Shown here: positions 1 through 13,250 of the stretch, piece by piece
Position numbering within the stretch: position 1 is the first letter of the stretch
How the letters are laid out: the number at the start of each line of letters is the position of its first letter
NCBI GenBank assembly: GCA_036172245.1
Contig: JAYWIR010000020.1
Coordinates: 496,001 to 560,000, forward strand
Origin: Raillietiella orientalis
Lineage: Eukaryota
DNA length: 64,000 nucleotides
Reading direction: 5' to 3'
Program-made: the position numbers and the translations under genes
The notes under the pieces: generated by a model
The model's input: the letters and a program-made list of their open reading frames with translations, nothing else
Databases searched by the model: none
What the model was told of the DNA's origin: nothing

Positions 1-129
1 TGGATGCTGATTGAGATGCAAACCAACCAAATGCCGCTCTTTCTGTCATTAGAAGCAACACAAAACTGTACATACTGTGAGAGTACTATCTATATGCTAC
101 GCAACACAATGCATGCATAGTGCATACAT

Positions 130-516
130 ATGGAGGTTGGAGATGGAAATGATCCAAGCTCTTTCATATTGAGGGGGAGGGGGGAAGAGATTTTTGATGC
201 ATGTCCAGATGCAAGGTTCTAATGGAGAAATCAAAAAAGAAGCAGTCTGCTTCATCATATTGGGGATGACTGAGTGAACATTCCACCGTTCTTGAGTGTA
301 AGGAGTCCCCATGAAGCTGTACTGAAAGCTGAAATCATCATCAGCACCGAGACCACAGTGGAAAAGCTACATCTCCCGAATGGATTCCTACTAGTTTCTT
401 CCTTTGCTAATGCTTCAGATGATTCATCTCTTGTCCACGAGGCATTCCTGGATGTGAGTGGTTATAATAACCGATGTCTGTAACAACTTTGAATCGATAA
501 TGACTCCACCACAGAC
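130..516 (-). pseudogene. Decayed trypsin-like serine protease (S1 family) fragment
   Basis: The minus strand gives VCGGVIIDSK (CGG at 505-513) and, after frameshifts and stops, SHPQYDEADCFFFDFSIRTL (HPQYD at 254-268). This follows the S1 order CGG-x-I ... HPxY ... D-I/F. No intact TAAHC or GDSGG is seen. Confidence 0.4.
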
Positions 517-527
517 TCATCAAAACA

Positions 528-561
528 AACATTGTCAATGGGCTTGCCCATTGACAATGTT
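528..561. repeat. Perfect 16-bp inverted repeat with 2-nt loop
   Basis: aacattgtcaatgggc-tt-gcccattgacaatgtt. Confidence 0.9.
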
Positions 562-2999
562 GAATAGACATTGACAATTAGAATTGAATAGAATTAGAAT
601 TATTTGAATCAGAATAAGAATACAAGAATAAAATAATGGAAGTTTCGTCGAGGAGTGAAGTACCAGTGCTGTTCTTTGGAGTCACAGAAATATGGCGAGA
701 ATTATGCCGCGAAAGACTGCCAATTTCTGTCGAAGTTGCATGATGCAGCATCAGCACGAATATGATGTGCTGTATAATCATGATAAATGGTGAATGAAAT
801 AGGAATAGAAAAACGAAATGAGCATTAAATAGAATGCATCGTTACAGTTCCTACATTTCTCCAGGAAAGCTCTGAAGAGTTGAGGACCTGATCAAATCTT
901 TGGGAAGGATAGAGGGTAGACTTGAGCTCAAAATCCATTCTCCTAGTGCATTTTTTCCCTTGTCACTTCGGTCCCTGTTTTATTCTTACGGGTCTCTACA
1001 GTTACTCTTCATCAACTCACTACTGTCTTCCACTCTGCTATATAGAATTTCAGTGGTAGACACAAGTTCTCCAAACCACATCATAATCATGTGGACATTT
1101 TAATTGGTCGACTCACGTTTCATCTTGTCTGAGAAGGGTGGCAAGTAATCCATTCTCAGAGATAAAAAACTGGATGGGTTCACCAGGAAGACCAGGGGAC
1201 GATGTGAAACTATGACGTGAAGGAGGATGCCGTGAGTATCGCGTGGTGCGACGAGATAAATCCTCGCTTATGCCAAAAGCTCACGATTCTCAAGGAGACT
1301 CAGGAAAATGGACGAAAGACCCAAGATGAAGGGAAAGAAAGCATGGCTCAAAGCAGGAACTGGCGGAAGAGCGCCCGTGTTCTCTGAGGGGGAAACTTTT
1401 CAGAACCCTGTGATCCAGAACGTTCCCGTAGGCACGCGAGCCTGGCGCGCTCGACAGCTTCTTCGATATGCCTTGAACGCCGCAGGTGCAAGGCAAAACG
1501 CCAGAGACCCGCTCCGTGTACGATAGAGAAAAACGCAGCTGATCGATCGAGCGGAGATCAGAAATTTGAAACATGTCATGGTGAGAGATCAAGATCAAAT
1601 CCTGGCTCAGTGATCCTCGAATCATCTTGAAAGCTGCAAGACCACGCCTGGCTCTCAAGTTGCCCATTAGAGGTTTGCTGCCCCTTTCCGCTTCAGAAAA
1701 ATCTGGCGGAGATTGCGGATTGCCCCTCACCCCAATAGCAGGTTCCACCTGGTATTTCCAGCTGAGAATATGTCATTAGGAGGAAAGAATCCGCTTGAAG
1801 AGTGGACGGTCTGCAGCGCTCTGGGATCTCGGTCGTTAGAAAGGCAAGGACGCAGCCACGCTCCCGATTCGCTAGACAGTCTTCCCAGAAAACCCTTGGA
1901 CGAAGTTGGAAACCCTCGATTCATCATCTCATGCTTCAGGTTCCCTCTAAGGTTCCTCCAAGAGCCAGTAAGTATCATATAGGCAAAGGCCTTTTTTCCT
2001 TTTCTTCTGTTCACTCTCACTTCGAAGTGCGAAGTAGGCACACGGACTCTAAAGCATTCATCAGAGAGCGTGAGTAGAGCAAGATGTGTAGAAGAATGCC
2101 AGAGGTGCCTCTTTTTACTGGAAGGTTCTTGGCTGGTTGCATGAAAGGAGGAAATCAGCCAATTGGATGTGAAGGACATGCCCATCATTGGAGCACCAGC
2201 TGTATAGTTGTCCGAATGCTCCTGTGGAAAAAGAGCTCTATGAGCTCAGAAGCGCTTCTGAGCTCATAGCGAAGATGCCAGGTAGAGATTTTTGATACAA
2301 GCATCTCTTCTTGGTAAGCATCTCTTCATAAGGAGGAAGGAAAGGGAATCTTCCTTTTGCAAGGAAAAATTCTCACTCCAGAAGAGTGAGGATCCTTCAT
2401 CCAGGAGGAGTGTCCTTTGAACTCATCGATCCGAATTTCCAACCTGAATTTCCAAAACAAGCGACGAGAATGGGATATCTTGACGGAGTTTAGAGGTCGA
2501 GATGACACATATGAAAATCAGGACCCAATAGAAGTGAATCAATCCCGGTATTTCTACAGGGAGCTCGATTCTAGTGCTGATTTTTTATTGAATGCCCTGT
2601 TTTCTGTCCTCGTGTTCTGGAAGTTCTGGTTTCCATCTGCCTCCCTCAGATTCATGAATTCTCCATTTCAAAATTCTCGATGTCATTAATAGACACTATA
2701 GAGGCAGTATACATACATGAAGTGAGATTATAGCCCAAAATTCAATACTGTCCATTAATGCCATTGGGATTACACATATGTATGTGTACATATCTTCTAG
2801 CCTTTCCGCGGTCGAGAATGTAAAATCAGGAACTCCACCGAATAGTGCACCGTTAAGACTTGGCGAAAGGCATGTGTAGCGCATGAGGTGCAGCATTTGT
2901 GGTGAAAAAAACGGAATCGAAAAATTCCAGCTGTACAATTTAAGCTACGAAAATTAAAAGCATAGAAAGAGTGTCCGTTAATTTTGGAGCTGAGTCGTC

Positions 3000-5600
3000 C
3001 CCTGTCTCCATCCTCACAGAATAGAAGGAACTGTGTTCCCCTTTAATCAGATGCCAGCTCGTTGTTGCAGAACGTCAGCTATGCAAGAACCGTCTCTAAA
3101 ACCGCGAGATCTCCATTCTTTCCCTGAACGAATCCTCTCTCTGAGAAATCGGACTTGGCAACATAAGGAAGTTAAAGAAGTTGGGAATAATGACAGAATT
3201 TCGACCAGCTCTGTGTCCAAACACCAATTCGGAGGAAAATATTGGAGATAAGACCAAACAACAAAATCTGATCTGAATTCCTTCCGAATGACTAAGGAAG
3301 TTTATGAAGGTTTCTAAAGAATTTTCCATTTCATCCATGAAACCGGTTGTGAGCAGCTTCGCTATTCAAAGGAGACTTGCCATCGATCAAGCTGGAACAC
3401 GGAAGTGATTACATTGATTTAAACTGAAACCCCAAAAAACACATTGAGATTTTTTCAAGATTCTTCACGTTAGGGGTTTATGAATTTATCTTTTATGATG
3501 GAAATTTTTGACAAAATTCAATCACCATTTTGAATGTTAGTCACAATGAGGCTTGGATCACGGACAAGGGATGCCATGACCGAAAGGATCAAACTGTTCT
3601 TAATGAAGAGAGAAGATGGAATAGGTATCCTATCATTCGTTCCATATCTCAGAGCTGAAATCTCCGAAGTCTTTGCTCCAGAGCACAAGAAAAGGTTCTT
3701 CAGACTCTATTCGAAGAAAACGACGGGCGGAGTCCAAGACGACAGACCTCAGAGCTTTACGTACGCTGACTTCTGAGAGAACCTTCCATCATTCTCATAC
3801 TGGGGGGAAAAGGGCATGTAAGCACGATAGGGATCACTTTGACGACCTCGACACACGCACCTTTCGGAAAAAACAACCGCCATCGTTTGATGAACTGAAA
3901 GTACTGAGATGAGCGCTCTACGTTTTCGTCACAAAACATTCCATGCCACCCAGGAAGGTATTTAGGAATTTCATTCTTCTCATGTGTAGAGGCGATTCCA
4001 CGATGAAAGGTGTCGATAAGAAGTGTACGATTTCAGAGGACAGAAAGAAACATCTCTTGTTTTCAGAGTATAATGGAATCCTTAGGGTTCCGTTCGTGGA
4101 GCTTAGCAACTGGAAGCGCCCCGATTCTCGCTGCCACAGGGAACACTCCTGGTTCCCAATATTTAGTCAGGGTTTCAACACAAGAAAAATAGAAACCTCA
4201 CTCTTTTGTTTCCCATAATTCATAAAATCTGAAAATTTCTCAATATGAAATGGATCGCCTCCTAGGATATCATCTTCTCCTTAGCAAGGGGATTGACCTT
4301 TGCTTTGCAGCTACTGGTAGAGGTGGTAGTCGGAAATCGTCAGTCATCTATCAGCTCTGTCATGTATTTTTTCTTGGGTGTCAAGTGCTCCTTTTCAGGG
4401 ACTCCATTGTGTGCAAAACAGTAGGGAAAATCACTGCAAACTGATGAGAGAGGCATCTGGATGCAGAAGGAGAATGTATTTGAGACTGCTGCTTGGGAAT
4501 TTCCCTAGGGATCGACACGATTTAATGAAAAGTTTGTTGAGACAGATTGAAGAAGCAGCCGATACGCAACAAACATGTAGAATCCACATTTGGAGGACGT
4601 GCGGGGCTTGTCGGATTAGCTGAGAGTGATGGAAATCTCCTGCCATTCTCAGGACGAGTCGTTGAAGAGAGATGTTTCTTAGACAACCCCAGTGACGGAA
4701 TTTACAGATGGGGGGGGGACAAAATTGCATTGAGAATCTCTATCTCCCTACTGACTCAGGTGGCAGCAATTGGTGGTTGCTGTCGAATTTCCCGGGGAGT
4801 ACCCAGTCTTGGAGTTTTCTCAAAGATAATGGCCATCTTCCTGTTTTATGATTAGGAGCGGCTTTTGCAGCTACTCCAGTGAAATGCTTCGCATGGCAAG
4901 ATGATATGGCCGGGATCAAAAATTGGATAGTTGGTGCAGTGGATCTACTGATCTTTCCGCAAATGAGGAATCATCAGATGACGGTGTTCTGTTCCCTTCA
5001 CGTGCATCCTGAAAATTTTTGCTTTTCTGCGCTCCCTAACCCCAAAGATGGATTTCTTATATCACATGACATCCACAGGCACGAATAGCTAATAAAAAGG
5101 GAAGAGAATGAGAGGAACTCGCAAAGATTCTGAAAAGAAAAACCTTTCTCGAAAAGGAATTGGGTTTTTCTAATTATAAATCCATCACATGTATTTGAGA
5201 CAAACATTGAAGGGGGAGGGAGATCCATTGGATTGCTAAGTTGAATTCGGTGACTTCATGAGAAAAGGCAAGATTCATTGCATTCGCATCTGGAGCAGGT
5301 TGGCGAAAATCTATGGATGCCACAGGCACTTCATTGGAACGCTGATGCCTTGTAAAAGGGAAAGCTGTCTTAGAAAACTGGCATGAAAAGATGCAGAATA
5401 CCAGAAGTTCGTGAGCCTATTTCGACTGTTTCCAGCCGCATTGGAGACACCCTCTTGTGGGCACGGTTCCTGCTCCACATGCTCCAACATCTAGTTGTTG
5501 CATCAAAGACAAATCAATTTCATGAAAGCGATGATTAAGTTTGGCGATAAACAGAATAAGGAAGTTCTCTGTTTTTTCATTTATTAGTAGCTATGGAAAC
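3000..5600 (+). mobile_element. Highly decayed RLE-type non-LTR retrotransposon (NeSL/Utopia/R2-like)
   Basis: Degenerate motifs occur in colinear order across frames: EFRPALC (~3200), IFSRFFTLGV (~3450), FTYADF (~3760, YADD-like), RYLGISF (~3955), GGRAGLVGLAESD (~4590), IFPQMRNH (~4950, like TLPHVLNHC). There are many stops and frameshifts. Confidence 0.45.
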
Positions 5601-6512
5601 GCGCACATATTTCGCTCTTCCTAGCGAACTGAACGAAAGATTCCTCATTCGCTACATCTCCACGGGAGGGAGCGCTCGGACTGTATCCCATAAAGAACTC
5701 CGAAATCCAGTTCATCAGATGTCTCGATGGTACATATGAGAAGGAGATTTGAAAGGTTTGGCTATCTCGTCATGGGACTGCGATGCATTCCCGAGTTCCA
5801 GTCTCTGGCCCCAACAGCACAATACGCTCGCAGCTTGCAAAAAATAAAAATGCAAGTGAGAAAGAAGCAGGAAGCGTGGTACTTTTTAGTGAGCAGTCAA
5901 GCCTCGGTCCATCCTTTGGCTCTTCCACTCGTTACAGAAATACAGATCACTGACTGAATAGTGCAACCACGAAGGTCCGACGAAACCAAAAGATGGATCC
6001 CGCACTTTGCATCTCCTTTCCACTGGGCAGCGAGAGATGTTACAGTATATGAAAAAGCTGGAATCGAAGCATCAGGAAGGGAAGTTGAGATGCGTCTGAT
6101 TGGATTTTCAGCGTCGTTCGAACGCCTTTGAGCTCAGCTGGTTATGACTGGCAGTTCTCAACACTTGAATCCCTTTGTGAACCAATCCTTAGGTGATTTG
6201 TAAGCTACAAACATGGAGAAGGGAGAAGAAAAACAAGAAGCAAACAGTTGAAGAGGACTGGGCCATTTGCTGAACTTCGAGCCGGGAATTCAGGCTGGAA
6301 CTCCACTGTAATTTGAAGTCCAGCGAGAGCTGCGCAAGGACGGAAGCAAACACATGGCTTCGGATCAACTCGTCTCAGCCACAGTGCGTCAGTGGAATTT
6401 ATTCGGTAGAGTGCAAGACATCTGAAGCCTCACTGAAGAGCTTGAACTATGAAAGAATAGGCATGCGATGCTTCATGATATCGAGAGGTAAATGGGATGA
6501 TGCTAGCTTCCG

Positions 6513-7119
6513 TTTCACACCCGGGTGCGCCGGGGCGTTTATTTTTTAGTAAAAACAAACAAACAAGTGTAGGGCTATGGCCCCTACAGCGTCCTAAAAA
6601 ATGTTCTTATGAAGAATCTGAACTTGCCGAGTAGCCAGCACGCAGGCTGGCGAGTTCGACTCGGCAGCGGGAGGGAAAAGGACAAATAAAAACAAAAAGA
6701 AAACACTATTCACAAAAGCAGGGAGGGGTTGGGGAAGGGATCACGTTCCGCTGGGGTCGTCCTCTACATCCTTTCCAGGATGCCGGCAAGTTCAGTCCGC
6801 ATACGTCCCAAATGGGACCATCTGGCTGCCGTCCTCAGGAAGCGCAGGGCGGAGCAGATGATGTCCCTGTCGTTCAGTCCACCATTGGCGATGCTCCAGG
6901 CCGCCACAATCCCTCGTAGGCAGCAGAGGGCTGCAAGGGCTGCGGCAGGCCGAAGGGCGTCACGCACAAAGAGGCGCGTCAGAACGTCTCTAGGGTTGAT
7001 CGTGGGTGCTCCTAGGGCCGTTGCGAAACGCAACCACAGGGGCCGGAGGGCAACACAGTCAAGAAGCAGGTGCGGGAGGGTTTCCCGTTCCCCGCACCTG
7101 ACACAATGCTAGCTTCACC
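6513..7119 (-). mobile_element. 5'-truncated L1/Tx1-clade LINE (ORF2 C-terminus + 3' UTR) with 12-bp target-site duplication
   Basis: The minus frame reads HCVRCGERETLPHLLLDC (CCHC knuckle) into ORF 6764-7033 ending RTELAGILERM, homologous to the end of ORF 26464-26805. A pyrimidine-rich 3' UTR follows, with AATAAA at 6543-6538. The direct repeat tgctagcttccg lies at 6501-6512 and 7120-7131. Confidence 0.9.
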
Positions 7120-7399
7120 TGCTAGCTTCCGGGTAACATCGTTGCGCACCCCTTAGGATAACGCCGCTTGAATAAGGATGATCATGATCACACGATGGGA
7201 GACAACTTCCATTCCTGGCGAAGATCTGCCGAGTAGACCCCGGATCACGAGAGCGTATCACCGAGCATCATAGGATGTTCTTATCTCCATTCAGTTATCC
7301 CTTTTCTCTTATCCTTCAAGCTGCTCCCGGAAACACATGGAGGGAGGATTTTGGGATGAGAAGCCACAGCAACTCCTGTATTCAGCCTCGATCCAACAT

Positions 7400-9800
7400 C
7401 TACCGTAAATAAAATGCCAGCACAATGGAAGACGAGAGCCGATGAACAGGAAGCACATGGAATGCTAAAGAAAGGTGAGCAAAGAGAAATGCAGGAGTGA
7501 AGGGCAAGATCAAGAAGGAAGCAAAAACTATTCTTTCTCTCTCCTGATTGTCCTCTGTAGACGCTCCAACGATGCAACCTCGTTCTCTTCCGCTCTTCCT
7601 CTTGCATCCCTTTGGTTCCATCCCTTATTCTCTTCCTCAGAGGAAAACCCATGGCTTCGATCACTCGAGACAAGAAAAATTTTCCAGAAATCATCCGTCC
7701 GCCGGGATATACTGAAGAAGCCAAGGAAAGTTCGAATTGCTGCGTTTCCCTCGGAACACAGCAAGTCGAGTTAGTGCTGTGAGGTGCCTGATTTTCGTGT
7801 TTGATGGAGCAAAGACCCACTCCACATCTACCTCGAGGGAGATGTGCGCACCTCCCTCGAGGCAACTTTGCATCGGCGGACCGAGATGAGTCGGAGACCA
7901 TCACCAGGAAACGCGAAGACAGGGGGAGATGTGAAAGGACCTCTGGAGCAAGCTGGAGCCGCGAGGCAAGGGTCGGGTTTGGTGATGAGTTTCTGCAACT
8001 CGTGGTACGGTGGAATTTCCGGTGGAAGACACCGCAAGAGCTGACTCGGGTGGCAGATACCGGGGGATGGAAGACTATTCTCACCCCTATCTTATTCACG
8101 ATCAGGCTGGAATTCTCAGGGAACTCTTTCAATCGAAGCAGCGCATTGCTCAGGTAACGCCTCAGCGGAAAAGTTGGAAGGCGTGAGTGGAGGAGGTGCA
8201 CGTCAGAAGTGACGCGGGCACAGGGGTCCTCCTCTTCAGGTCTCAGGGCAGACGCAGCCGTGGCAGAAACGAAGAGATTCTTGCGGCGGCACGCTCGGAA
8301 CTTCGAGAAATAAGCGAATATCTTGTTCCCCTTCGTGCTGGGTTGCTCCCGGCCCTCATTCCCTTTCTTCACGGTCCTTCGTATTAGTTCGAGGGGAGGG
8401 CTCGCAGGAAATAGCAGCTACACACAAGAGAATGCGCAGCTGCCATTTCCTGCGAGCCAGTGTCCAGTGCTCACTCCTTGTATGAAAGGCCCATGTACAA
8501 ATCTGTATATGCATTCATCTCGATCGACTGAGATCTTCCCTTGAAGCAAGGAAATTCATCTCGACTCCTCGGGGAGGGTCCCCAGGGAATGCACCTCCTG
8601 AGGAATACTGAAAACCCTCCTGAACGTGCTTCTGGAATGCTCCAGGCTTCAGCAAGAATGGGAACATATCGCTGGGGCACTGCATCCCTGCGACGGTGCC
8701 AGGATCCGCTCGGATGAATATTCACCTCTCCGGTCTTTGCAGTCTCAGTCTCCTCCTGCCGTGTGAGACTGACCTTGATGGTCAAACGGGAACAAAGGTG
8801 GGTATCCGACTAGGAGTTGGGAGCCATTCGTAGTCGCTGGGATCCTTTGCCTCAGTGGAAGGGAGAGGAGATCTGGGATGGAAATATAGGGATCTGAAAA
8901 CTGGTATGTGAAATACATGATGGCGTCAGGAAGATTGGGTTCGGGCTAGCTGGAGACCAGTGGCCTCGTTCCATCTCCTCTTTCTCGACCATCCCCGGAA
9001 AACACCCTCGAAATGAAAGTTCATGGCAGCAGGAATCGCAGCATTTCATAGCCAACAGCTCCTAGGAAAACCCAAGGAGAGTCATCCACTCTCAGTTACA
9101 TGGCAACATGCCGTCCACCTTCAGTAATGCAACGAGTCGGGAGGCAGCCTCATGTCTTGGACGTCCTGGCCCTATGTTCTTGTTCTTAAGCGACTATTTC
9201 GGACTCCATGTGACATTGAAACCGTATCGCCGCTCCATCCTGTCCCTTAGATTTATTTACTTACTGGTTCTCCCTCCACTGCCTCCAGTCTCCCATCCTA
9301 GATCCGTCTCCAGTGAGCCTTGGACCCTTCACTTCAGGTCAGGAGAATGACCCATCGTGCTGCAAAAATTCCATCTGTTTTCTGTAAGCGAATGGTCCAG
9401 CAACCCCGCTGAGTACACGAAAGCAGATGTGCAGCGCATTCCACTGACTCATCGCTACTTGACCGATCTCCGCGCCTGGAATTCCGTGCGACACTTCTGC
9501 TTCAGGGAGTCTGACCTGCCGACCTGCCGGTCCGAACTTCGCAGTGGTCCTCAGAAGAAACAGAGAAAGGATTAAGAGGGTCGTATGGTCTGGGGCAGCT
9601 CACGCGGAGAGCACTCAGCAGCCACTCGGCTTCCGGCGAGTCCAGTTCCACGAGGGACCCTTGCAGCAGGCCTGGGAGGAGGGTTCTCCCTGCTGTGGGG
9701 GGGACGAGGTCCGCGCACAGAATTTGCCTTTTCCCCACTTCCTTCCCCTCCTCTGACGACTGGGAAAGTGCTCAGCGACAAAGTACCCTCCACCCGTGCA
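7400..9800 (+). mobile_element. Possible decayed DIRS-like (tyrosine recombinase) retrotransposon
   Basis: Weak colinear motifs: MLKKG (~7462), LHIYLEG (~7820, YLDD-like), GLVMSFCNS (~7975), and WSSNPAEYTKADV (~9393) and PHFLP (~9735), which resemble the YR domain. Heavily degraded. Confidence 0.3.
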
Positions 9801-11249
9801 GTCAGCAGAGCACGCGACTCCTCCCATCCGCGAGCACAGCGACCGTAGGAGGAGAGGCGCTGCTAGCCGGGGCGCACCCGGAGGCGTGCGGTGAGAGGAT
9901 GAAGTTCTCCTCCTGATCTCTCTCTTCTTCCTCTCCTCTCCTTCCCTTACCCCTCATTTCGGAATCCGCGGAAGGGAGAGGGTCGGGATGCTTGCGTCCA
10001 CCTGTGCATAGGGAGACATGTCGTCGCGAGTCCTCCAATACAAAGCCCCGGAAGTTGAGGGAAACCCCAGAGAGGAAAACGAATGAGGGGGAGAGCAAAG
10101 AACTTTCTCTCTCCGAGGCGACCGATCTCTCTCTCGCTCTCGCGGAGGAGGAATAAATTGCGGGAGCTGCGGGAAGGGAGAAAGCAGACGGAGACGGAAA
10201 GGGAGGAACAGAAGGAGGAAGAAGCAGGGCTGAGTGCGCGTCCGAATCTCCACGGAAATCCATTCTTCCCCAGGCCATGATGGAGATTTCCAACTGTTCC
10301 AGGAGGATTGACGACGCATCAACCTGCCGTGACAGGGGAAGAACTCTGGTCCCAATCCAGTTAAGGCGACGACCCGCCTCCGAGAGGACCGGACGAAGAC
10401 GCTGCGTCCGGCAGTGACGCGAATTGGATTTGTCCCTGACAGCGGACGGAAGCGGACAGAGGGTACGCTGGAAATCTACTTTGGACACGGGAATTCCCGG
10501 GAAGAAAAAGGGTGAGGGGGGAAGAGAAAAAAGAAAGAGACATGGGAAGAAATGAGACGAATGAAGGAGGGGACTTTTGTTTCCCAGGGTGGAAGACGAG
10601 AACCGCGCAACCGTCTCTCCTCCTCCTCCAACCCTTGCCTTTGTTCCTCCCTGCAAGAGAGACGGAGGTGAGGAGAGGCTATCTGGAAAGGAGAGGAGGA
10701 GGCGACAAGGAGGGAGGAAAGGGGCACAAAGGCGGAAAACGGAGAAGAACGAGCAGAAAAAAAAAAAGGAGGAAGAAAAAAAGCGAAGGGAGCGTCCGCC
10801 ACCGTCTCCGGTATGCTTCCAGAGGGAATGCTGCCTCCTCCTCCTCCTCCTCCTCCCTTCCTTTTGCTCCTCCTCCTCTGCCGAAGCAGTAGCAGCAAGG
10901 CACGAAGCTCATCAGCAAATAAGAAGCTGCATTGGAAGGATCCTCTCGGCACGCGAGCAGGAGGAGGGGGGAGGGGGGAGGGCAATGAAGCCAGAGGAAC
11001 GGCGACACGCGATGAGAAAGGCGGTAGTCCCTGAAGCTCCCGCACCGCTGCGTATGGAGGAGCAAGCGCCGCTCGCTGCCGGCGGAGTCGTCTCGGGGAG
11101 CGAGACAAAGGGAGGAACTGGAAACTTCCCCGTTGTCCTTCCTTGCGCTGCCATGTCTCCGTGGTGCTCCGAGAGTGCGGAAGGACGCCGGGAAGAGGAA
11201 GGAGCAGAAGCTGCAGGCGAGGGGACGCAGCTCCCGCGGCTCCAAGTAA

Positions 11250-13250
11250 CGATCTCTTCAAAGAAGAGCAGGAAACGGGTGCTGATCCTCTTTCTGCTGC
11301 TCCCTTTCCCGAAATCAAATGGAAGGGGAGTTGGGGAAGGAGGACAGAAGAAGACCATCGTACGCACCTCCCTCAGACTGGAAACCTTCACGGGAAGGAC
11401 GTGCCAGGGGAGAGCTCTGAACCGTCCGGATGAGGCTTAAGGGCTGCTTAAGAAAGACATGAAGGAGGACGGCGGTGCGCAGGAATGAAAAAATCCTCTC
11501 TTCATCTCTGTGGACCAGGTCAAAGTCTTTTCCTTCTTCAAAGGTCACTCGGAGGAACGAGGGACGGAAAAGTCTGGGGGCATAAGGCTAACTGACACCT
11601 AGCTCCGAGAAAGAGAAGGGAAGAGTGCAGGGGGGCTCCTGAGCAGAGTACCTCCCTTTCTCGCATGCGAAGGAGCTTCCGGATGCGTCCTCTGGTAGCC
11701 GTCCCCCTCCGTTCCAGGATTCCCGAGGGACCCAGGGTTCTGCGCTCCTAGTGGAACTCTCAGTCCATATTTTGAAGGCTGGATGCTTTTAGCAACCCAG
11801 CTGCTGGACCAAAGACTCTAGCCTTGAAGGGGAGGAGCAGAAACATGCGGCCTCCTGAGAAAGACGCGAAACGGCATTCCCGGAGAATCGAACCCAACCC
11901 ATGCCGTCGGCGAAGACTGGAAGAGATGGACAGCAACAGTGTCCGGAATCCAAGAATCGTCGGCCACTCCGTGTCGTCCCTGACCCCTTCCCACGTTGTC
12001 GAGAGTCCTTCCAGCTGGATCTAGGAAGCGAGGATCTACGATGCCCATTCTGAGAGGAAGACGCCTTTCTCTCAAGACCCGAAGGATGGCAACCCTCAAG
12101 TGCCTCAAGTCAGCAGGGTGACCTCAGGAAGTGGATCCTGCCTCAACCGATGGAAGATGTCCTCCCCCTTCGGCCTGCTTCCTGTCGAAGGCCAACCCAC
12201 AGGAACTGAAGGAAGGGAGAGGGAGAGACAAGAAGTCTCTTCTGCTCCCTTAGTTCTCGAGTTTCCTGGAAGCAACCAGAAATCGCTCGAGGGTGCCAAG
12301 GGTGAGATCCGGGATCTAGATGCGAAAGCTAGACTTCCACCCCTCTGTCCCGTTCCGTCTCCCTCCCTCTCCTCCGGGTCCTTCGGTGCTCTTGAAGAAC
12401 AGAGCAGGGAGAGCAGGGGCAAGTTTCCAGTTTCTTTCCTTCCCTCTCTCTCCCTTTCCGAGGCGACCTCTATGACGATGAGAGGAGCTTACCCCTCTCT
12501 ATACAGCGGAATGGGAGACGAGTGGGAGAGGAAGGTAGAAAGGGGAAAGGAAGGAGGAACGAGCGGTTGATGCATTCCTCGCTATGAACTGCGGGGATCT
12601 CCAGCCCTTTCTCTGGAAGAGCGATCTCCCTCCTCCTCGCGCACTTTCACAAGGATTCTTCCTCTGACTCAGGATGCTCTCGTGGCCATGGTCTCCTGAA
12701 CATCAGCTGGGCAGGGGTCAGGTAGGTGGGAGGGGAAAGAAGGAAGTCCAGCCCACGCGAAAAGATGCTGCCAACGATCAGCACGACTTCGCTGAAGGAC
12801 GCTCGAAGGGGATCGTGGTCGTTCTCGCTCCTCCCATAAAAAAGGGTGCAAAGAAAAAAGATTAAGGGGCGATAAAGGGAAGGTGCTGTTGATTCCATCC
12901 TTCCCTCGTGCCCCTCTGGCTATTCTCGAAAGCAAAACTCTAAGAGGACCTCCTACGCGAGTCTTTTGTTTCGCAGGGACCCTCGTCGAACCCAAGTAAT
13001 CATCCTGTTACCTTCCCGCTTCCTTAGGAGAGTCGTTAGAGGTCCAGCGAGATCCCTGCGGGTAGCCTTGCACTCCCGTAGTAGTGCTTCGGCTGCACAC
13101 GTCCTAAAACTGGAACGGTACGATTCGCCTAACCCGTGCTCTTGTGAGAGGAAGAAGGCAGGAACAAAGAGTACGATTTCCAGAGGATCTAACTCTCAAC
13201 GTCCTCAAAGACTCGAGGCAGATTCGTTCGAGTGTCCCATCCGTAAAGGC
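11250..13250 (+). mobile_element. Decayed DIRS-like retrotransposon (RT/RNase H remnants)
   Basis: LFLLLPFPKSNG and SLRLET lie at the end of ORF 10577-11440 (DIRS RT FLVPKxxG / FxMET-like). Further on are RMRPL (~11680, RLHMRPLQ-like), TKDSSLEG (~11810, TDASxxGWG-like) and DAFLS (~12060). Confidence 0.4.

Noticed and set aside
1290..2270. Possible LINE ORF1 remnant (VIQNVPVG; CVEECQRC)
   Set aside because: Too few and too weak motifs.
7281..8372. Longest ORF in the track (363 aa, minus)
   Set aside because: It has no recognisable domain and an S/R-rich composition. The weak motifs here are on the opposite strand, so it is probably an antisense shadow.
9802..11440. Overlapping 280-287 aa ORFs on both strands
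   Set aside because: They arise from GA/CT-rich low-complexity DNA lacking stops. Only the last ~55 aa of 10577-11440 looks meaningful (DIRS RT-like).
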